Virus record (IMG/VR): IMGVR_UViG_3300008110_000009
DNA length: 64,000 nucleotides
Direction: 5' to 3' (one strand)
Source: a virus
In this document: positions 19,006-28,633 of the stretch, piece by piece
Position numbering within the stretch: position 1 is the stretch's first letter
How the letters are laid out: the number at the start of each line of letters is the position of its first letter
Translations under genes and position numbers: made by a program
Notes under the pieces: generated by a model
What the model saw: only the letters and a program-made list of their open reading frames with translations
What the model was told of the DNA's origin: nothing
Database searches by the model: none

Positions 19006-19378
19006 TTTCTTCCGGTATAAAATTTATTTCCTTCAATTTATTAAGAGACTCGTGTTTAAATAAAATTTCAAGTTCCTTAACCTTTTCTCTGAACAATCTT
19101 TCTTTTTCTTCAAGCTCAATGTTATACTTGATAATTTCTTCAGCACAAATTCTTGCTGTATCATAACCATCTTGTGTTGCAATAGATATAAGTGATATAA
19201 GTTGACTTTTATCATTTTTATCTTGAACCTTAACTTGTAATGACTTGTATTGAGAGACAATACCCTGAACATTTTCTAATTTCCATGTTGTAGGTATTCT
19301 TAAATCTAAACTAACGTTTTCCTGGATTTCTCTTAAAGAGAAAAAATATGGTCTTAAACTTGATATTAATTCGTACAC
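18902..19378 (-). CDS. Hypothetical protein
   Basis: 158 aa; GTG start overlaps the upstream TAG; C-terminal coiled coil. Confidence 0.65.
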   Translation of the reverse strand: MYELISSLRPYFFSLREIQENVSLDLRIPTTWKLENVQGIVSQYKSLQVKVQDKNDKSQLISLISIATQDGYDTARICAEEIIKYNIELEEKERLFREKVKELEILFKHESLNKLKEINFIPEENGQEIATGHKLALERDGEGQQGDPGTQKKSGKRN

Positions 19379-19560
19379 TATATTGTAATTAAAAATGTTA
19401 TTATATAAGCAACTGAAACATAAATAAAAATCTCAGTAACTTTGTTTATTGTCATTGGTTTTGGATTTTCATCCCTTAGCGTTATAAAAAATTCTATTGC
19501 ATATCTCAGCAAAAAAATAATACTAAAAATAAAAAAGAATATACTAATTACCTTGATCAT
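19378..19560 (-). CDS. Small two-TM membrane protein
   Basis: Two hydrophobic stretches in 60 aa. Confidence 0.6.
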   Translation of the reverse strand: MIKVISIFFFIFSIIFLLRYAIEFFITLRDENPKPMTINKVTEIFIYVSVAYIITFLITI

Positions 19561-19732
19561 GTCTTTTGATTTCGTCTAATATTTCTTTTCTATAAACACC
19601 AATGAGAGCCTTAAGCTCTTGTGCATGTTTTCTTGCGCGGATAGATGCGCTTCGATTTCCCTTATGAAAAACTTTCTGGGTATCGACGGACATTTTCTCC
19701 ACCAAATCTTTTATTTTCTTTAAAGTTTCCAT
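19544..19732 (-). CDS. Histone H1-like protein (Bacteroidota Hc1 type)
   Basis: KGNRSASIRARKHAQELK matches the KGNKAAGTRARK..LEL motif of the ~60-aa Bacteroidota Hc1-like family. Confidence 0.75.
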   Translation of the reverse strand: METLKKIKDLVEKMSVDTQKVFHKGNRSASIRARKHAQELKALIGVYRKEILDEIKRHDQGN

Positions 19733-19804
19733 TTTTCAGATATTTTACCTAATGCAATATAAATAAAAATATCCGTTTTTCAAAGTGAAAAACAAGATTT
19801 TTTT

Positions 19805-20263
19805 TCACTTTTTGATATTTGCTTCCAGAATTTTATAAATTTCAGTAAGCATATCCAGTTCAGATCTGGTTTTCCTGTAGTTAAATTGAAATAGTTTTGT
19901 AAAATACTCTTTGATTCTATTATTAACGTTGTTTTCATTTATATAGAACGCTTCATAGAAAAAATTCCAAAGATAATCGTGGTGTTGACCGGTTTCTTTA
20001 AACTTAATTGATTCTTTTTCAAAGCTTTGTATAACTTTCTTCCAGCACCAATTAAAATGATTCTTTTGTTCTTGTTCTGTCACAATAACATCCGATCCAA
20101 GATATGTTTCTTCAATAATATCATATAAGCTAACAGCAAAATCATGAAATAATTCTGTTTTTTCACGAATAATGTTGTACGCTTTATACCAAACTTCGAT
20201 TTGATTACGGAAATTTTCGGAAGCGATAAACTCTAAATAACTTTCGTCCTTTTTCATATTCAT
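19805..20263 (-). CDS. Hypothetical protein
   Basis: 152-aa ORF with its own upstream promoter-like motif. Confidence 0.7.
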   Translation of the reverse strand: MNMKKDESYLEFIASENFRNQIEVWYKAYNIIREKTELFHDFAVSLYDIIEETYLGSDVIVTEQEQKNHFNWCWKKVIQSFEKESIKFKETGQHHDYLWNFFYEAFYINENNVNNRIKEYFTKLFQFNYRKTRSELDMLTEIYKILEANIKK

Positions 20264-20308
20264 AATATACCTTTAATATAAGGATAAAAGAATAGAAAAA
20301 AAAGAGAG

Positions 20309-21586
20309 TTACTGAGTTTTCTTATTGTAAGATGCCATCTGTTTCATTCTCTGAATTTCTTCAGAAATAACCTTTTTAGATGTCTCCTCAGATTCGTTAA
20401 CTGCCTTTGTAGGTTGTGCATCTTTGTTGTACATTGGCATATTCTCTTCTTCTTTATCTTTTCTCTTTACCTTTTTAATGATTTTTTCACCTAATTTGCT
20501 TGGAATAACATTAGCGGCATCATGGGAATTTCCCATTTTTGAATCACCTTTTAATGCCATTGCATGTCTTTCTTGTGCTTCTTTAGAAGGATCAACATCA
20601 TAGATTAAATCCTCTAAACCACCACCTCTGTGATCTGCTACTTCTTCAGATTCGTCTTCATCAGCTCTTCTAGCTTTAACTTCACCACCAACTTGATGAG
20701 GAAACTCTGGGTTATCGTTACCATCAAAATTTAGATATTCTTTAATTTTCTTTTCTACATCAGATAATGCTTCATCATTTTGTGAACCACTTTCTTTATG
20801 TGCTTTTTGGAACGTTTCTAAACCTGGAACAGCTTCATTAACCATTTTCTTAATAAGGTTAACTAATTGAGATTCAGATAAACGAATTTTATCTTTTGAT
20901 TCATTCATCATTGGACCGCATTCACACATTTCTTTACCACATTTTTCACATGTTCCTTCTTCTTTCATATAGTTATCGCCACATTCCATGCAATCACTTT
21001 CTTCTTCAACATCAAATTCTTTTCCGTCAACAGTAAAACTATCATCACCAGATTCTTTTGCTTTTGCTAAGGCTCCAGTGAAAGCGTTACCTTCTTTAGG
21101 TTCTACTTTTTTTACTCTTATCTTTGATTTTAGTTCTGGCATATCATAATCATCCAAAATTTCGAAAACACGGTTTGCTGGGATTTTCTCGCCATACATT
21201 TCACATAATTCCATTAAATCGTCTTCAGCGTCTAAAACCCACTCGCCGGCTTTTTTAGCTAATTTCATTACTTGAGCCATAGTGAAGTAGCCCTTGTGTT
21301 CTGTTTCATTGATATTTTCCATGCTTTCTAATTTTTCTGACATTGTGTCTAATTCTTCAAAAGATAATTTTTTACCTTTTTCAATTATTAATTCTTGATC
21401 TGGGTGTTCCTTTTTGTAAACCTCTAAAGCTTTTTCAGCTTCTTCTTCGGTTTCAAATTGTTCAATAGGTTCACCCTCTTTATTTTTTATAATAAAAACT
21501 TCTTCTGAAATGTTTTCCAGAATAGCTTGTTTTATCTCTCTGTTGATTGATTCTTTTATAATATTTTTTAAATCTTCAGTTTTCAT
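20309..21586 (-). CDS. Acidic probable internal head/scaffold-type protein
   Basis: Glu-rich; many (I/L/V/M)xE sites (IKES, INET, MNES, VNEA, VNES); IRLSESQLVNLIKKMVNE and ISEEIQRMKQM motifs; TATTTAT motif upstream. Confidence 0.55.
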   Translation of the reverse strand: MKTEDLKNIIKESINREIKQAILENISEEVFIIKNKEGEPIEQFETEEEAEKALEVYKKEHPDQELIIEKGKKLSFEELDTMSEKLESMENINETEHKGYFTMAQVMKLAKKAGEWVLDAEDDLMELCEMYGEKIPANRVFEILDDYDMPELKSKIRVKKVEPKEGNAFTGALAKAKESGDDSFTVDGKEFDVEEESDCMECGDNYMKEEGTCEKCGKEMCECGPMMNESKDKIRLSESQLVNLIKKMVNEAVPGLETFQKAHKESGSQNDEALSDVEKKIKEYLNFDGNDNPEFPHQVGGEVKARRADEDESEEVADHRGGGLEDLIYDVDPSKEAQERHAMALKGDSKMGNSHDAANVIPSKLGEKIIKKVKRKDKEEENMPMYNKDAQPTKAVNESEETSKKVISEEIQRMKQMASYNKKTQ

Positions 21587-21587
21587 A

Positions 21588-22766
21588 TCAAATAAATATC
21601 TGTTTAAGTTGATTTGATACTAATTTTTCCACTTCTCTAACTGGTAAACCGTATTTTTTTGCTGTTTCTTGAATTGCGTTTTTAATTTCTTCTGTTTCTA
21701 GTAACTCTAGGGCACTCATATCACCTTGATTGCAATATGGATATTTTTTGCATTTGTCAGCAATTTTAACAAATTTACCACCTGGGCCTCCCCATTTTGG
21801 GAATTTCTTATCCTTAACAGCTCTACCTTTATAGATAGTATCCGGACCTCCAATACTTAAAGGGTTCTTTCTACCCTTTGTTCCACCAAACAACGGAACA
21901 TCAAAAGCACCAGAAGAACTACCATCAGTTACTTCATCGATCTCTTGTTCCTGTTCAGTCATATTATGTATTTTAGTTATGTGTTTTTTCTTTATAACAC
22001 CACCGAAAGCAGGACCTTCAAATGATCCAGAAGAGTCTCCTCCTGTCATTTCTTTTGCTTCAATCTTTTTTAATTTAGTATAATACGTAGGATCTTCCCA
22101 CAGATGGTCCATAGCGATTTCTTTCGCTTTTTCTTTGTCATCTGTGTGTTCCATCTCAACCTTCATACCCATGTGTAGTTGTTTTCTTAAAGAATCCATC
22201 ATATTCTTAATATGATAGTAGTTTTTTGCATCATGTTTTTTTGCAATCTGCGCCAGCGATTTATCATCTGCTAAACCACCTTTTAGTTCTTCGGACTCAC
22301 TAACATTTTTCTTTCTACCCTGGCAATGTGCTTTTTGGCTGAAGCCTTTTGGGTTATTGCAATCAATTGATTTTTTATATTTTTCGGACCATTTTTCTTT
22401 CAGTTCAGACTTTTGTTTTGTTAGGTCAATTACCCACAATTTAGCATTTATGCCGTTTTCAAGCAATCCAGCTAATCTTGTGTTACCGCCTAATAAGTCA
22501 TAATCATCATCCGCAAATTTAACTGCGATCGGTATTTCAACCTCCCCTTTTGCAAACGCTTCTTCAAATCTTTTTCTTTTGTCTTCTTCTAATGAATCGT
22601 AATCTAAATTAACATTGTTTAATACGTCTTCAATCTTATCAAAACTAATGATAGTATAATTTTTAGTTGCAATATCTAGCCAACCTTTCTTACCCATTTT
22701 TTCAAATTCACGGTAACGAAGGGCTTCCATCCATTCTTCATCAAAATTCGGCTTAGTATATTTCAT
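21588..22766 (-). CDS. Multidomain probable head protein: ParB/Srx-like domain, CxxxxGFSQKAHC module and DUF5661-like domain
   Basis: IPIAVK..YDLLGGNTRL; KWSEKYKKSIDCNNPKGFSQKAHC; GMKVEMEHT...IAMDHL.EDP.YYTKL. Confidence 0.65.
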   Translation of the reverse strand: MKYTKPNFDEEWMEALRYREFEKMGKKGWLDIATKNYTIISFDKIEDVLNNVNLDYDSLEEDKRKRFEEAFAKGEVEIPIAVKFADDDYDLLGGNTRLAGLLENGINAKLWVIDLTKQKSELKEKWSEKYKKSIDCNNPKGFSQKAHCQGRKKNVSESEELKGGLADDKSLAQIAKKHDAKNYYHIKNMMDSLRKQLHMGMKVEMEHTDDKEKAKEIAMDHLWEDPTYYTKLKKIEAKEMTGGDSSGSFEGPAFGGVIKKKHITKIHNMTEQEQEIDEVTDGSSSGAFDVPLFGGTKGRKNPLSIGGPDTIYKGRAVKDKKFPKWGGPGGKFVKIADKCKKYPYCNQGDMSALELLETEEIKNAIQETAKKYGLPVREVEKLVSNQLKQIFI

Positions 22767-23006
22767 TTACTTAACGTTTTTCAATGCACTAACCCAGAAG
22801 TTGTTTCTGGTCCATAGTGTCTTGTATAGCTCAACAACAACTTTAGTGGCTAGATCGACAATTTTATCATCTATCTTTTTAGTCCCTAATTCTTTTTGGA
22901 TTATTTTAACCACAATGTCGTGAGCTTTAGTTGTATCAAGGAAATCTTTAACTTCCTTTTTTACAATTTTCTCAACTTCTTTTTTATCATCGTTTGTTAA
23001 AGCCAT
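22767..23006 (-). CDS. Hypothetical protein
   Basis: 79-aa helical ORF abutting both neighbours. Confidence 0.65.
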   Translation of the reverse strand: MALTNDDKKEVEKIVKKEVKDFLDTTKAHDIVVKIIQKELGTKKIDDKIVDLATKVVVELYKTLWTRNNFWVSALKNVK

Positions 23007-23008
23007 TA

Positions 23009-23497
23009 TTAATTATTTTTTCTATTATTCATTATTTCTATTACAACATCATCAAAGCTGTGTTTGAATTTCTCAAGCTTACTGATTATTTCTACAGTAT
23101 CTTGTTCTATTTTTAACATATTCGCATTGATATATAAACCCCCATTGTTACCAGCAATAAAGACAAATCCAAGATCTTCCTCGATGCTACCATCTAATCT
23201 AACATTGTCCACATAGATATTAAAACCTTCCTCAAAGTTGGCAAGTTCGCTAACCTGAGATTTAAAGTTTTGAATCAACTGATTCAATGAATTTTTCTCT
23301 TCGTCTGATAAGGACAGGTCTTCTTGGTCTGTGCTGTGTATCTTTACTTCAACATTATCGTTTAAAACCAGATTGAACATTTCCTGGCTTTCTTCTTCTT
23401 TTAGGACTTTCTTTGATTGTACGTTTTCATTAAGATTTCTCATAGTATTGAGCATCTTTTTTGTAAAATCATATCCTAGGTTCTGCTTCTGTGACAT
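23009..23497 (-). CDS. Hypothetical protein (possibly head-associated)
   Basis: ATG at 23497 (MSQKQ); LNE and LKE sites near the N-terminus; TATTTATA motif at 23540-23547. Confidence 0.6.
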   Translation of the reverse strand: MSQKQNLGYDFTKKMLNTMRNLNENVQSKKVLKEEESQEMFNLVLNDNVEVKIHSTDQEDLSLSDEEKNSLNQLIQNFKSQVSELANFEEGFNIYVDNVRLDGSIEEDLGFVFIAGNNGGLYINANMLKIEQDTVEIISKLEKFKHSFDDVVIEIMNNRKNN

Positions 23498-24092
23498 TTT
23501 CTTCAAAAATATTAAAATTAAATGATGGGTTTATATCTGTATAAATATCGGAGAAATTTGATTTACTGACTATCCCATTGAAGTTTTTAGCATTCTCGAA
23601 ATATCCTGAAGATGGTACTATTTGATAGGGTATATCATAGTGTGCGCATAATAGTAACGATAGGTTAGATAAGGCTGTTAATTGCTCCTTTGTATACACA
23701 TCCCAGTAAAAATACCCTCTCCATCCTCTAAGATGAGGCTCACCTCTATAAACATCGTTAATCCAGTTGCTATAGGTACCCATAATAGTATTCCTATTTA
23801 ACCAGCCTAGATTCTCAATAGCGATCTTAATTTGCTTTTTGTCTATGGAAGCATCACCAAATGTTTTGGTCATGTAATCGGGCTCTATTAGCTTATAAAC
23901 CTTACCCGTCTTTGTGATACAGAAATGGGGAATATCTTCATATTTACCATTTCTTCTATATTTGAGCATTTTAATGAAATCATCAAATCTTCTTTTGGTA
24001 TCATATAGAAGGATTTGTGTTTTCTTATATTTTCTTTTTTTGTAATTTAATTCGTTAAGATTAAAAACTTCTGCGTCTAGAATTTCTAACAT
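23469..24092 (-). CDS. N-acetylmuramoyl-L-alanine amidase-fold (Amidase_2-like) protein with degenerate active site
   Basis: Pattern QILLYDT / [14 protein letters not shown] / IKIAIENLG / [12 protein letters not shown] / TDINP follows the Amidase_2 layout. Confidence 0.65.
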   Translation of the reverse strand: MLEILDAEVFNLNELNYKKRKYKKTQILLYDTKRRFDDFIKMLKYRRNGKYEDIPHFCITKTGKVYKLIEPDYMTKTFGDASIDKKQIKIAIENLGWLNRNTIMGTYSNWINDVYRGEPHLRGWRGYFYWDVYTKEQLTALSNLSLLLCAHYDIPYQIVPSSGYFENAKNFNGIVSKSNFSDIYTDINPSFNFNIFEENVTEAEPRI

Positions 24093-24393
24093 TTCTCTGG
24101 AATGTTTTATTTCCGATTATTGGTTCTTCGGGTTCAGGTTCAATAATACCATCTTCCCAATATAAATCATCTGGTGTTTCGCTTGGTGTTGGCGTCGGTT
24201 CCAGAGTCTCTGTAGGGGTTTCGGTTGCCGTTGGTGTCGGTGTTTCTGTAAAAGTATGTGTTGGGGTTGGTGTCTCCGTAACTGTGAATGTTGGTGTCGC
24301 AGTTGGGGTTGGACTAGGTGTTGGTGTTGGTACTATTTCTTGAATGTACAATGGTGTTTCTGTAGCGGAAGGTGTCGTTATGATTTTTTTTTT
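24061..24393 (-). CDS. Pro-Thr-rich -1-frame extension of the upstream membrane protein
   Basis: Frame open from the A10 run ([26 protein letters not shown]...); no ATG start of its own. Confidence 0.55.
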   Translation of the reverse strand, partial: KKKIITTPSATETPLYIQEIVPTPTPSPTPTATPTFTVTETPTPTHTFTETPTPTATETPTETLEPTPTPSETPDDLYWEDGIIEPEPEEPIIGNKTFQRNVRNSRRRSF

Positions 24394-25625
24394 AAATCAT
24401 CATCCTCTTCTTGGATATGATCTCTCCAGAAACTATCATTGTTTATTTCTTGAAATTCTTCCTCTACGGGTATTGAATCATCAATATTATATTTTGGAGC
24501 CTCTTCTGGAACAGGTATCGGTTCCGGTATAAATTCTTCAAAATCACCAGAATCTTGCACACTTTCTTCAGAAACAGAATTGTTGAAATTTAGTTCCTCT
24601 TCTTCTTGAGATGGAGTGTATTCTACAGGCGCTACTTCATGAACTTGCATTTCGTCATCAACATAGAAATTTCTTTCGATAGGCTCTTCTTCATTTACTG
24701 TATCAAATTTTCTTTCCCACTCATCCATAAACATTTCTCTAACCTCTTCATCAGATAACGCTGGTGTAATTGGTTCGCTATTAAATGGTAATTCATCGTC
24801 GCCAATTAATTCTTCATTTGTTAACCCTCCCCAATCTTCATCATATAAACCTAATTCTTGATCTTTTTGCATGATCTCAGAAATAAGCTCTGCTTGCTTT
24901 TCTTTAGTGAGTTCTTCTTTTACTTCCGGCTGTTCATCAGAAGCTATTGTTGCTTTCTCCATATACTTTTTTGCAGCCTCTTTCAAAACTTCATTAGGTT
25001 CTGGTGGGTTAGACAAGTATCTTTCAAGTATCTCTAAATCTCTTTCTGTTAGTTTAAGTCTTAGAGATTCGTTAGCCAAATCACTATTAACAATATTGTT
25101 CTGTATTTTTTCATCTACACTTTCATTAGTGCTTTCTTTTAATCTATCTTCTTCTGTAAATTTAACCAACATATGTAAGAAAGATAAAGATATTATTGGT
25201 AACATACCACCAGAAAAAAGAGCTAGAAATCTTTTATGACCAACAAAATCTGTTGGTTCAACACCCATGAATTCTAATAAAGGGGCAACAAGATCTACCC
25301 AGTCTTTAAAAGATTGTGAATTGATATCAATAAATGAATAAGCAAAAAATATGTTACCAATAAATTGAACTAGTGTAACGATAGCGAATGGGAAATATAC
25401 CTTTTTACCCATGTCTGCCGATATTGCAGCTAATGCAGACAACGCAGCAATTTCAATACCTATTGAAAGATATACGGCCCAGCTAACTGGATTTGATATA
25501 CCATACCATTTTGTAACGTGTGATATTGATACAATTGCTACAGTAATGATCGGTACTAAAAACGCAGCAATGATTAGCGTTTTATAATTTTTATTTATCC
25601 AATGTTTCATTTTAAAATTTCGCAA
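24378..25625 (-). CDS. Membrane protein with ~4 N-terminal TM segments and a long acidic tail
   Basis: Hydrophobic segments in the first ~155 aa, then a Glu/Asp/Pro-rich tail ending DDDLKKKS*. Confidence 0.75.
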   Translation of the reverse strand: MRNFKMKHWINKNYKTLIIAAFLVPIITVAIVSISHVTKWYGISNPVSWAVYLSIGIEIAALSALAAISADMGKKVYFPFAIVTLVQFIGNIFFAYSFIDINSQSFKDWVDLVAPLLEFMGVEPTDFVGHKRFLALFSGGMLPIISLSFLHMLVKFTEEDRLKESTNESVDEKIQNNIVNSDLANESLRLKLTERDLEILERYLSNPPEPNEVLKEAAKKYMEKATIASDEQPEVKEELTKEKQAELISEIMQKDQELGLYDEDWGGLTNEELIGDDELPFNSEPITPALSDEEVREMFMDEWERKFDTVNEEEPIERNFYVDDEMQVHEVAPVEYTPSQEEEELNFNNSVSEESVQDSGDFEEFIPEPIPVPEEAPKYNIDDSIPVEEEFQEINNDSFWRDHIQEEDDDLKKKS

Positions 25626-25905
25626 GCTCTTTTTCTAATTCTACAACTTCTTGGTCAATTTTTGTTTGACGTTGAACATCTAGAATTTTTCGGTCTGTTG
25701 CTTGGATCATTCTTTTTTCAGATTTCAGACCTTCGATTTGTAAAACAATATTTAATTCTTTTTTTGTATAAGTAGAATCTCTCATTGCTTTAATCTCATT
25801 TTTAATGTTTTTTATTTCTCTACTATCGCTACAACTTTTAAAAAAAGTTAGTAACACAACAGTAAACACAACAACAGTAAAATTATTCTCAATAAACTTT
25901 TTCAT
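25612..25905 (-). CDS. Putative lipoprotein/membrane-anchored coiled-coil protein (spanin-like candidate)
   Basis: Hydrophobic leader ending ...LLTFFKSC, then coiled coil; TATTTATA motif directly upstream. Confidence 0.55.
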   Translation of the reverse strand: MKKFIENNFTVVVFTVVLLTFFKSCSDSREIKNIKNEIKAMRDSTYTKKELNIVLQIEGLKSEKRMIQATDRKILDVQRQTKIDQEVVELEKELAKF

Positions 25906-25908
25906 ATA

Positions 25909-26718
25909 TTATAAATATTTTAAGAGTGAAAAGCTCTCGTTTCTGAGCTTCTTTATTGCTTTATCCTTTAATTGTCTAATTCTTTCTTTGGTGCATCCAA
26001 ATTCTTCACCAAGGTCATCAAGGTTCTTTTCTGTACCAGTTAATCCAAAATAACCCTCTATGATGGCGCTTTCTCTTTCATCTAAAAAAGACATCATGTA
26101 TTTGATTCTGTGTTTTAAATCTTCAGTACTATTAGCTAAATCTTCAGGAGATACTGCATTTGGATTTGCAATAATTTCAAGAAGAGTGTCCCCTTCTTCA
26201 TTTATTTCTCTAAATAAATCTATGGTTGTTGGTATTCCTGTTAATGGGATCTCACTGTATTCAACATAAAAACTATCTTCTTGTGAAGCTTCTGCTTTTT
26301 TTAATTTTTGCGCTTCTTGGATAACGTTAGATGGAACTCTAATCGTTCTTGCATATTCATTTAATGCGTAAAGAATTTGTTGCTTAATCCACCACACAGC
26401 ATAGGAAATAAATTTGAATCCTGATGATATATCATAACGCTCAATTGCTTTTATCAAACCTATATTTCCTTCCGATATTAAATCAGAAACATCAAGTCCT
26501 TGATTTTGGTATCCTTTAGCAATCGATATAACGAATCTAAGATTACCCTTAACAACTTCGTCAATTAGTTTTTGACGTTCTGATTTTGTTAAAATTTCAT
26601 CTTTTAACTGCGAAAAGATTTCGTTTTCTCTTTCATGAGAAATAACTGGAATTTTTTTGAGATCCTTGATGTAGTAGTTGATCTCTTCTGTTTTGATGAT
26701 TGGAGCGGTCTTCTTCAT
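25909..26718 (-). CDS. RNA polymerase sigma-70 factor (short Bacteroidota RpoD/SigA type)
   Basis: NLRFVISIAKGYQNQG, DLISEGNIGLIKA, FKFISYAVWWIKQ, TIRVP, and region 4 TKERIRQLKDKAIKKLR. Confidence 0.92.
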   Translation of the reverse strand: MKKTAPIIKTEEINYYIKDLKKIPVISHERENEIFSQLKDEILTKSERQKLIDEVVKGNLRFVISIAKGYQNQGLDVSDLISEGNIGLIKAIERYDISSGFKFISYAVWWIKQQILYALNEYARTIRVPSNVIQEAQKLKKAEASQEDSFYVEYSEIPLTGIPTTIDLFREINEEGDTLLEIIANPNAVSPEDLANSTEDLKHRIKYMMSFLDERESAIIEGYFGLTGTEKNLDDLGEEFGCTKERIRQLKDKAIKKLRNESFSLLKYL

Positions 26719-26758
26719 TTTGTAAAAGGTTTGTTAAGCTAAAATACGGAAAAAAAAC

Positions 26759-27199
26759 CTATTTACCAAATTCGTCAAGAAATTTTTTTTCATCTTCCGT
26801 TAAACTATCTACCCCAAAATCTTGAATCTTTTCAAGAATCTCATCTAGGTCGAATTTTTTGTCTAACTTTCTGATTGTAATCTTAAACGCATCATGTGAG
26901 GATTCCTGTGGTTTAAACATGAACTCTCTAAGTGCTTCCGGTATTTCAGCCCAAATTAAATCATTTTTTTCAAAAATAAAATAGAATTTAATTTGTTCAA
27001 TCTCCAAAGTTTTTTTAAGATCACTTATTAATGTTTCTTTGTCTTTCTCTGTGTCAAAAATTATAATACAATTACCCAAACTTTCTATTACGTATTTAAT
27101 TCCCGCCTCTGTAACCTGATTAAAATGCTCCATACAGAAGAATTCTAAGTCTTCGTGGTCTTCAAATGATCCGTAAATGAAAAGGATATATGATTTCAT
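26759..27199 (-). CDS. Hypothetical protein with C-terminal DUF6576-like motif
   Basis: C-terminal LDEILEKIQDFGVDSLTEDEKKFL resembles the tail of Bacteroidota rhomboid proteases. Confidence 0.6.
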   Translation of the reverse strand: MKSYILFIYGSFEDHEDLEFFCMEHFNQVTEAGIKYVIESLGNCIIIFDTEKDKETLISDLKKTLEIEQIKFYFIFEKNDLIWAEIPEALREFMFKPQESSHDAFKITIRKLDKKFDLDEILEKIQDFGVDSLTEDEKKFLDEFGK

Positions 27200-27230
27200 A
27201 AAAAGATAAGCAATAAAAAAAGAAATAGTT

Positions 27231-27878
27231 TTATTTCTTTTTCTTTAGATTTATTTTCCAATATACACCGCCACCGATGTATGGTTGGAATTCGCCACTT
27301 AAACCGTTTACAACCGTATTGTTAACGCCAGTCGACACTTTGTATAATCTATCGCTTTTATCTTTTAAAATCAACCCTAAACCCATAAGCCTAACCACAT
27401 TTGGTTTGTCAAAATTGGCATCAAACCCAAAGAATAGTTGTGTTTTCTTCGGTTCTGGGGTGTAAATTGTATCTTTAATTACTTTTTGTTTAACTTTTGC
27501 ATCAAAAGACCTAGACAAAACTTTATTTTGACTAATTGTCTCGTTTAATGCTATGGTACCCAATCCATTAGGTAGTGTTAAGGTTTCTTTAACCTCATTT
27601 TTCACATAAAAATCTTTAAGAATAGCTGCGGTATCAACCGGCATAAGCAGTGTATCGTGAATCGGGTATGGTATTTGAACCTCGTAAGGTACCTCGACTT
27701 CAACCTCAACCAGTGAATCAACCATTAAGGTATCATGCACTGGATAAGGTATTGAGTCAATTATTTGATGATACTTAGTTCTGTTTGGCATAATACCCCT
27801 TGGATTTACTGCAACAATTACAGTTGAAGCTAATAATAGCAGAATAATTATGTTTCTAACGTCTAAGTATTTTTTCAT
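27231..27878 (-). CDS. Membrane-anchored protein with C-terminal beta-strands (lysis/spanin-like candidate)
   Basis: N-terminal TM, repeated HDT/DT motifs, and amphipathic C-terminal strands ending PYIGGGVYWKI. Confidence 0.55.
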   Translation of the reverse strand: MKKYLDVRNIIILLLLASTVIVAVNPRGIMPNRTKYHQIIDSIPYPVHDTLMVDSLVEVEVEVPYEVQIPYPIHDTLLMPVDTAAILKDFYVKNEVKETLTLPNGLGTIALNETISQNKVLSRSFDAKVKQKVIKDTIYTPEPKKTQLFFGFDANFDKPNVVRLMGLGLILKDKSDRLYKVSTGVNNTVVNGLSGEFQPYIGGGVYWKINLKKKK

Positions 27879-27880
27879 TT

Positions 27881-28297
27881 TTATTTAATTAATAATGCGG
27901 ATGTTGCTAATACACCAACAAAAGATCCTACTTTATATAAAAAGGTCTTTCTTCTTTGTCCTTTAAGTTCTTTTAATAAACTTTCTGATTTTTGTCTTTC
28001 TAGATTAAATTGCTCATCTTTTTTAACGATGATCAACTCTAGATTTGATATTTTTTGATCTTTAAGCGTGTCTTTTTCCTTAAAAAGTTTGATCTGATCA
28101 TCCTTTAGACCGATAACTTTATTTAAATCTAACACCTCGGCTTTTGCACCGTCTCCGCTAATGAGATCTTTAATAACCAATTTAGCAACAGGTACTTTTA
28201 ACGGCACTATTGTATCAATTTTTGTTATTGTAACGGTCTGTGAAAAACTTTTCGAGGTCAGAAAAATTATAGTTGTTAACAGAATCAATTTTTTCAT
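27881..28297 (-). CDS. Exported coiled-coil protein with C-terminal TM (spanin-like candidate)
   Basis: Signal peptide MKKLILL...SFS|Q, coiled coil, C-terminal hydrophobic helix; overlaps the upstream gene by 83 nt. Confidence 0.55.
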   Translation of the reverse strand: MKKLILLTTIIFLTSKSFSQTVTITKIDTIVPLKVPVAKLVIKDLISGDGAKAEVLDLNKVIGLKDDQIKLFKEKDTLKDQKISNLELIIVKKDEQFNLERQKSESLLKELKGQRRKTFLYKVGSFVGVLATSALLIK

Positions 28298-28559
28298 CGG
28301 TTTGCTTTTTAATAATTGTTATGTTTTTAGTAACGCTGTTGATGTCTCCATCGATGTTATCGATTTCTTTATCGATAGTTAGAATTTGTTGAGTGAGTGC
28401 TGTATTGACGTCTTGTATAGAATCGATCTCGTTTTGGATTGAATCTATTTTAGCATTATACCCAGCAACATCAGTTCTAATACCTTGTCCCTGAAAAATG
28501 CTGTATGCCGCCAAACAAGCTATAATACCCAATAAAATGTTTTGCTTGTTTATTTTCAT
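28215..28559 (-). CDS. Inner-membrane-anchored coiled-coil protein (i-spanin-like candidate)
   Basis: Likely start MKINKQ at 28559, downstream of a terminator and a TATTTATA motif; N-terminal TM then heptad repeats. Confidence 0.55.
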   Translation of the reverse strand: MKINKQNILLGIIACLAAYSIFQGQGIRTDVAGYNAKIDSIQNEIDSIQDVNTALTQQILTIDKEIDNIDGDINSVTKNITIIKKQTDEKIDSVNNYNFSDLEKFFTDRYNNKN

Positions 28560-28583
28560 AAAAATCCTTTTTCCTATAAATAC

Positions 28584-28607
28584 AAAGAGGTCGCAAAAAG
28601 CGACCTC
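28584..28607 (-). terminator. Intrinsic terminator
   Basis: Minus strand GAGGTCGC-tttt-tGCGACCTC followed by TTTGTATTT. Confidence 0.75.
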
Positions 28608-28633
28608 AAAGCAAGACCTTGTGATTAGTTTAT

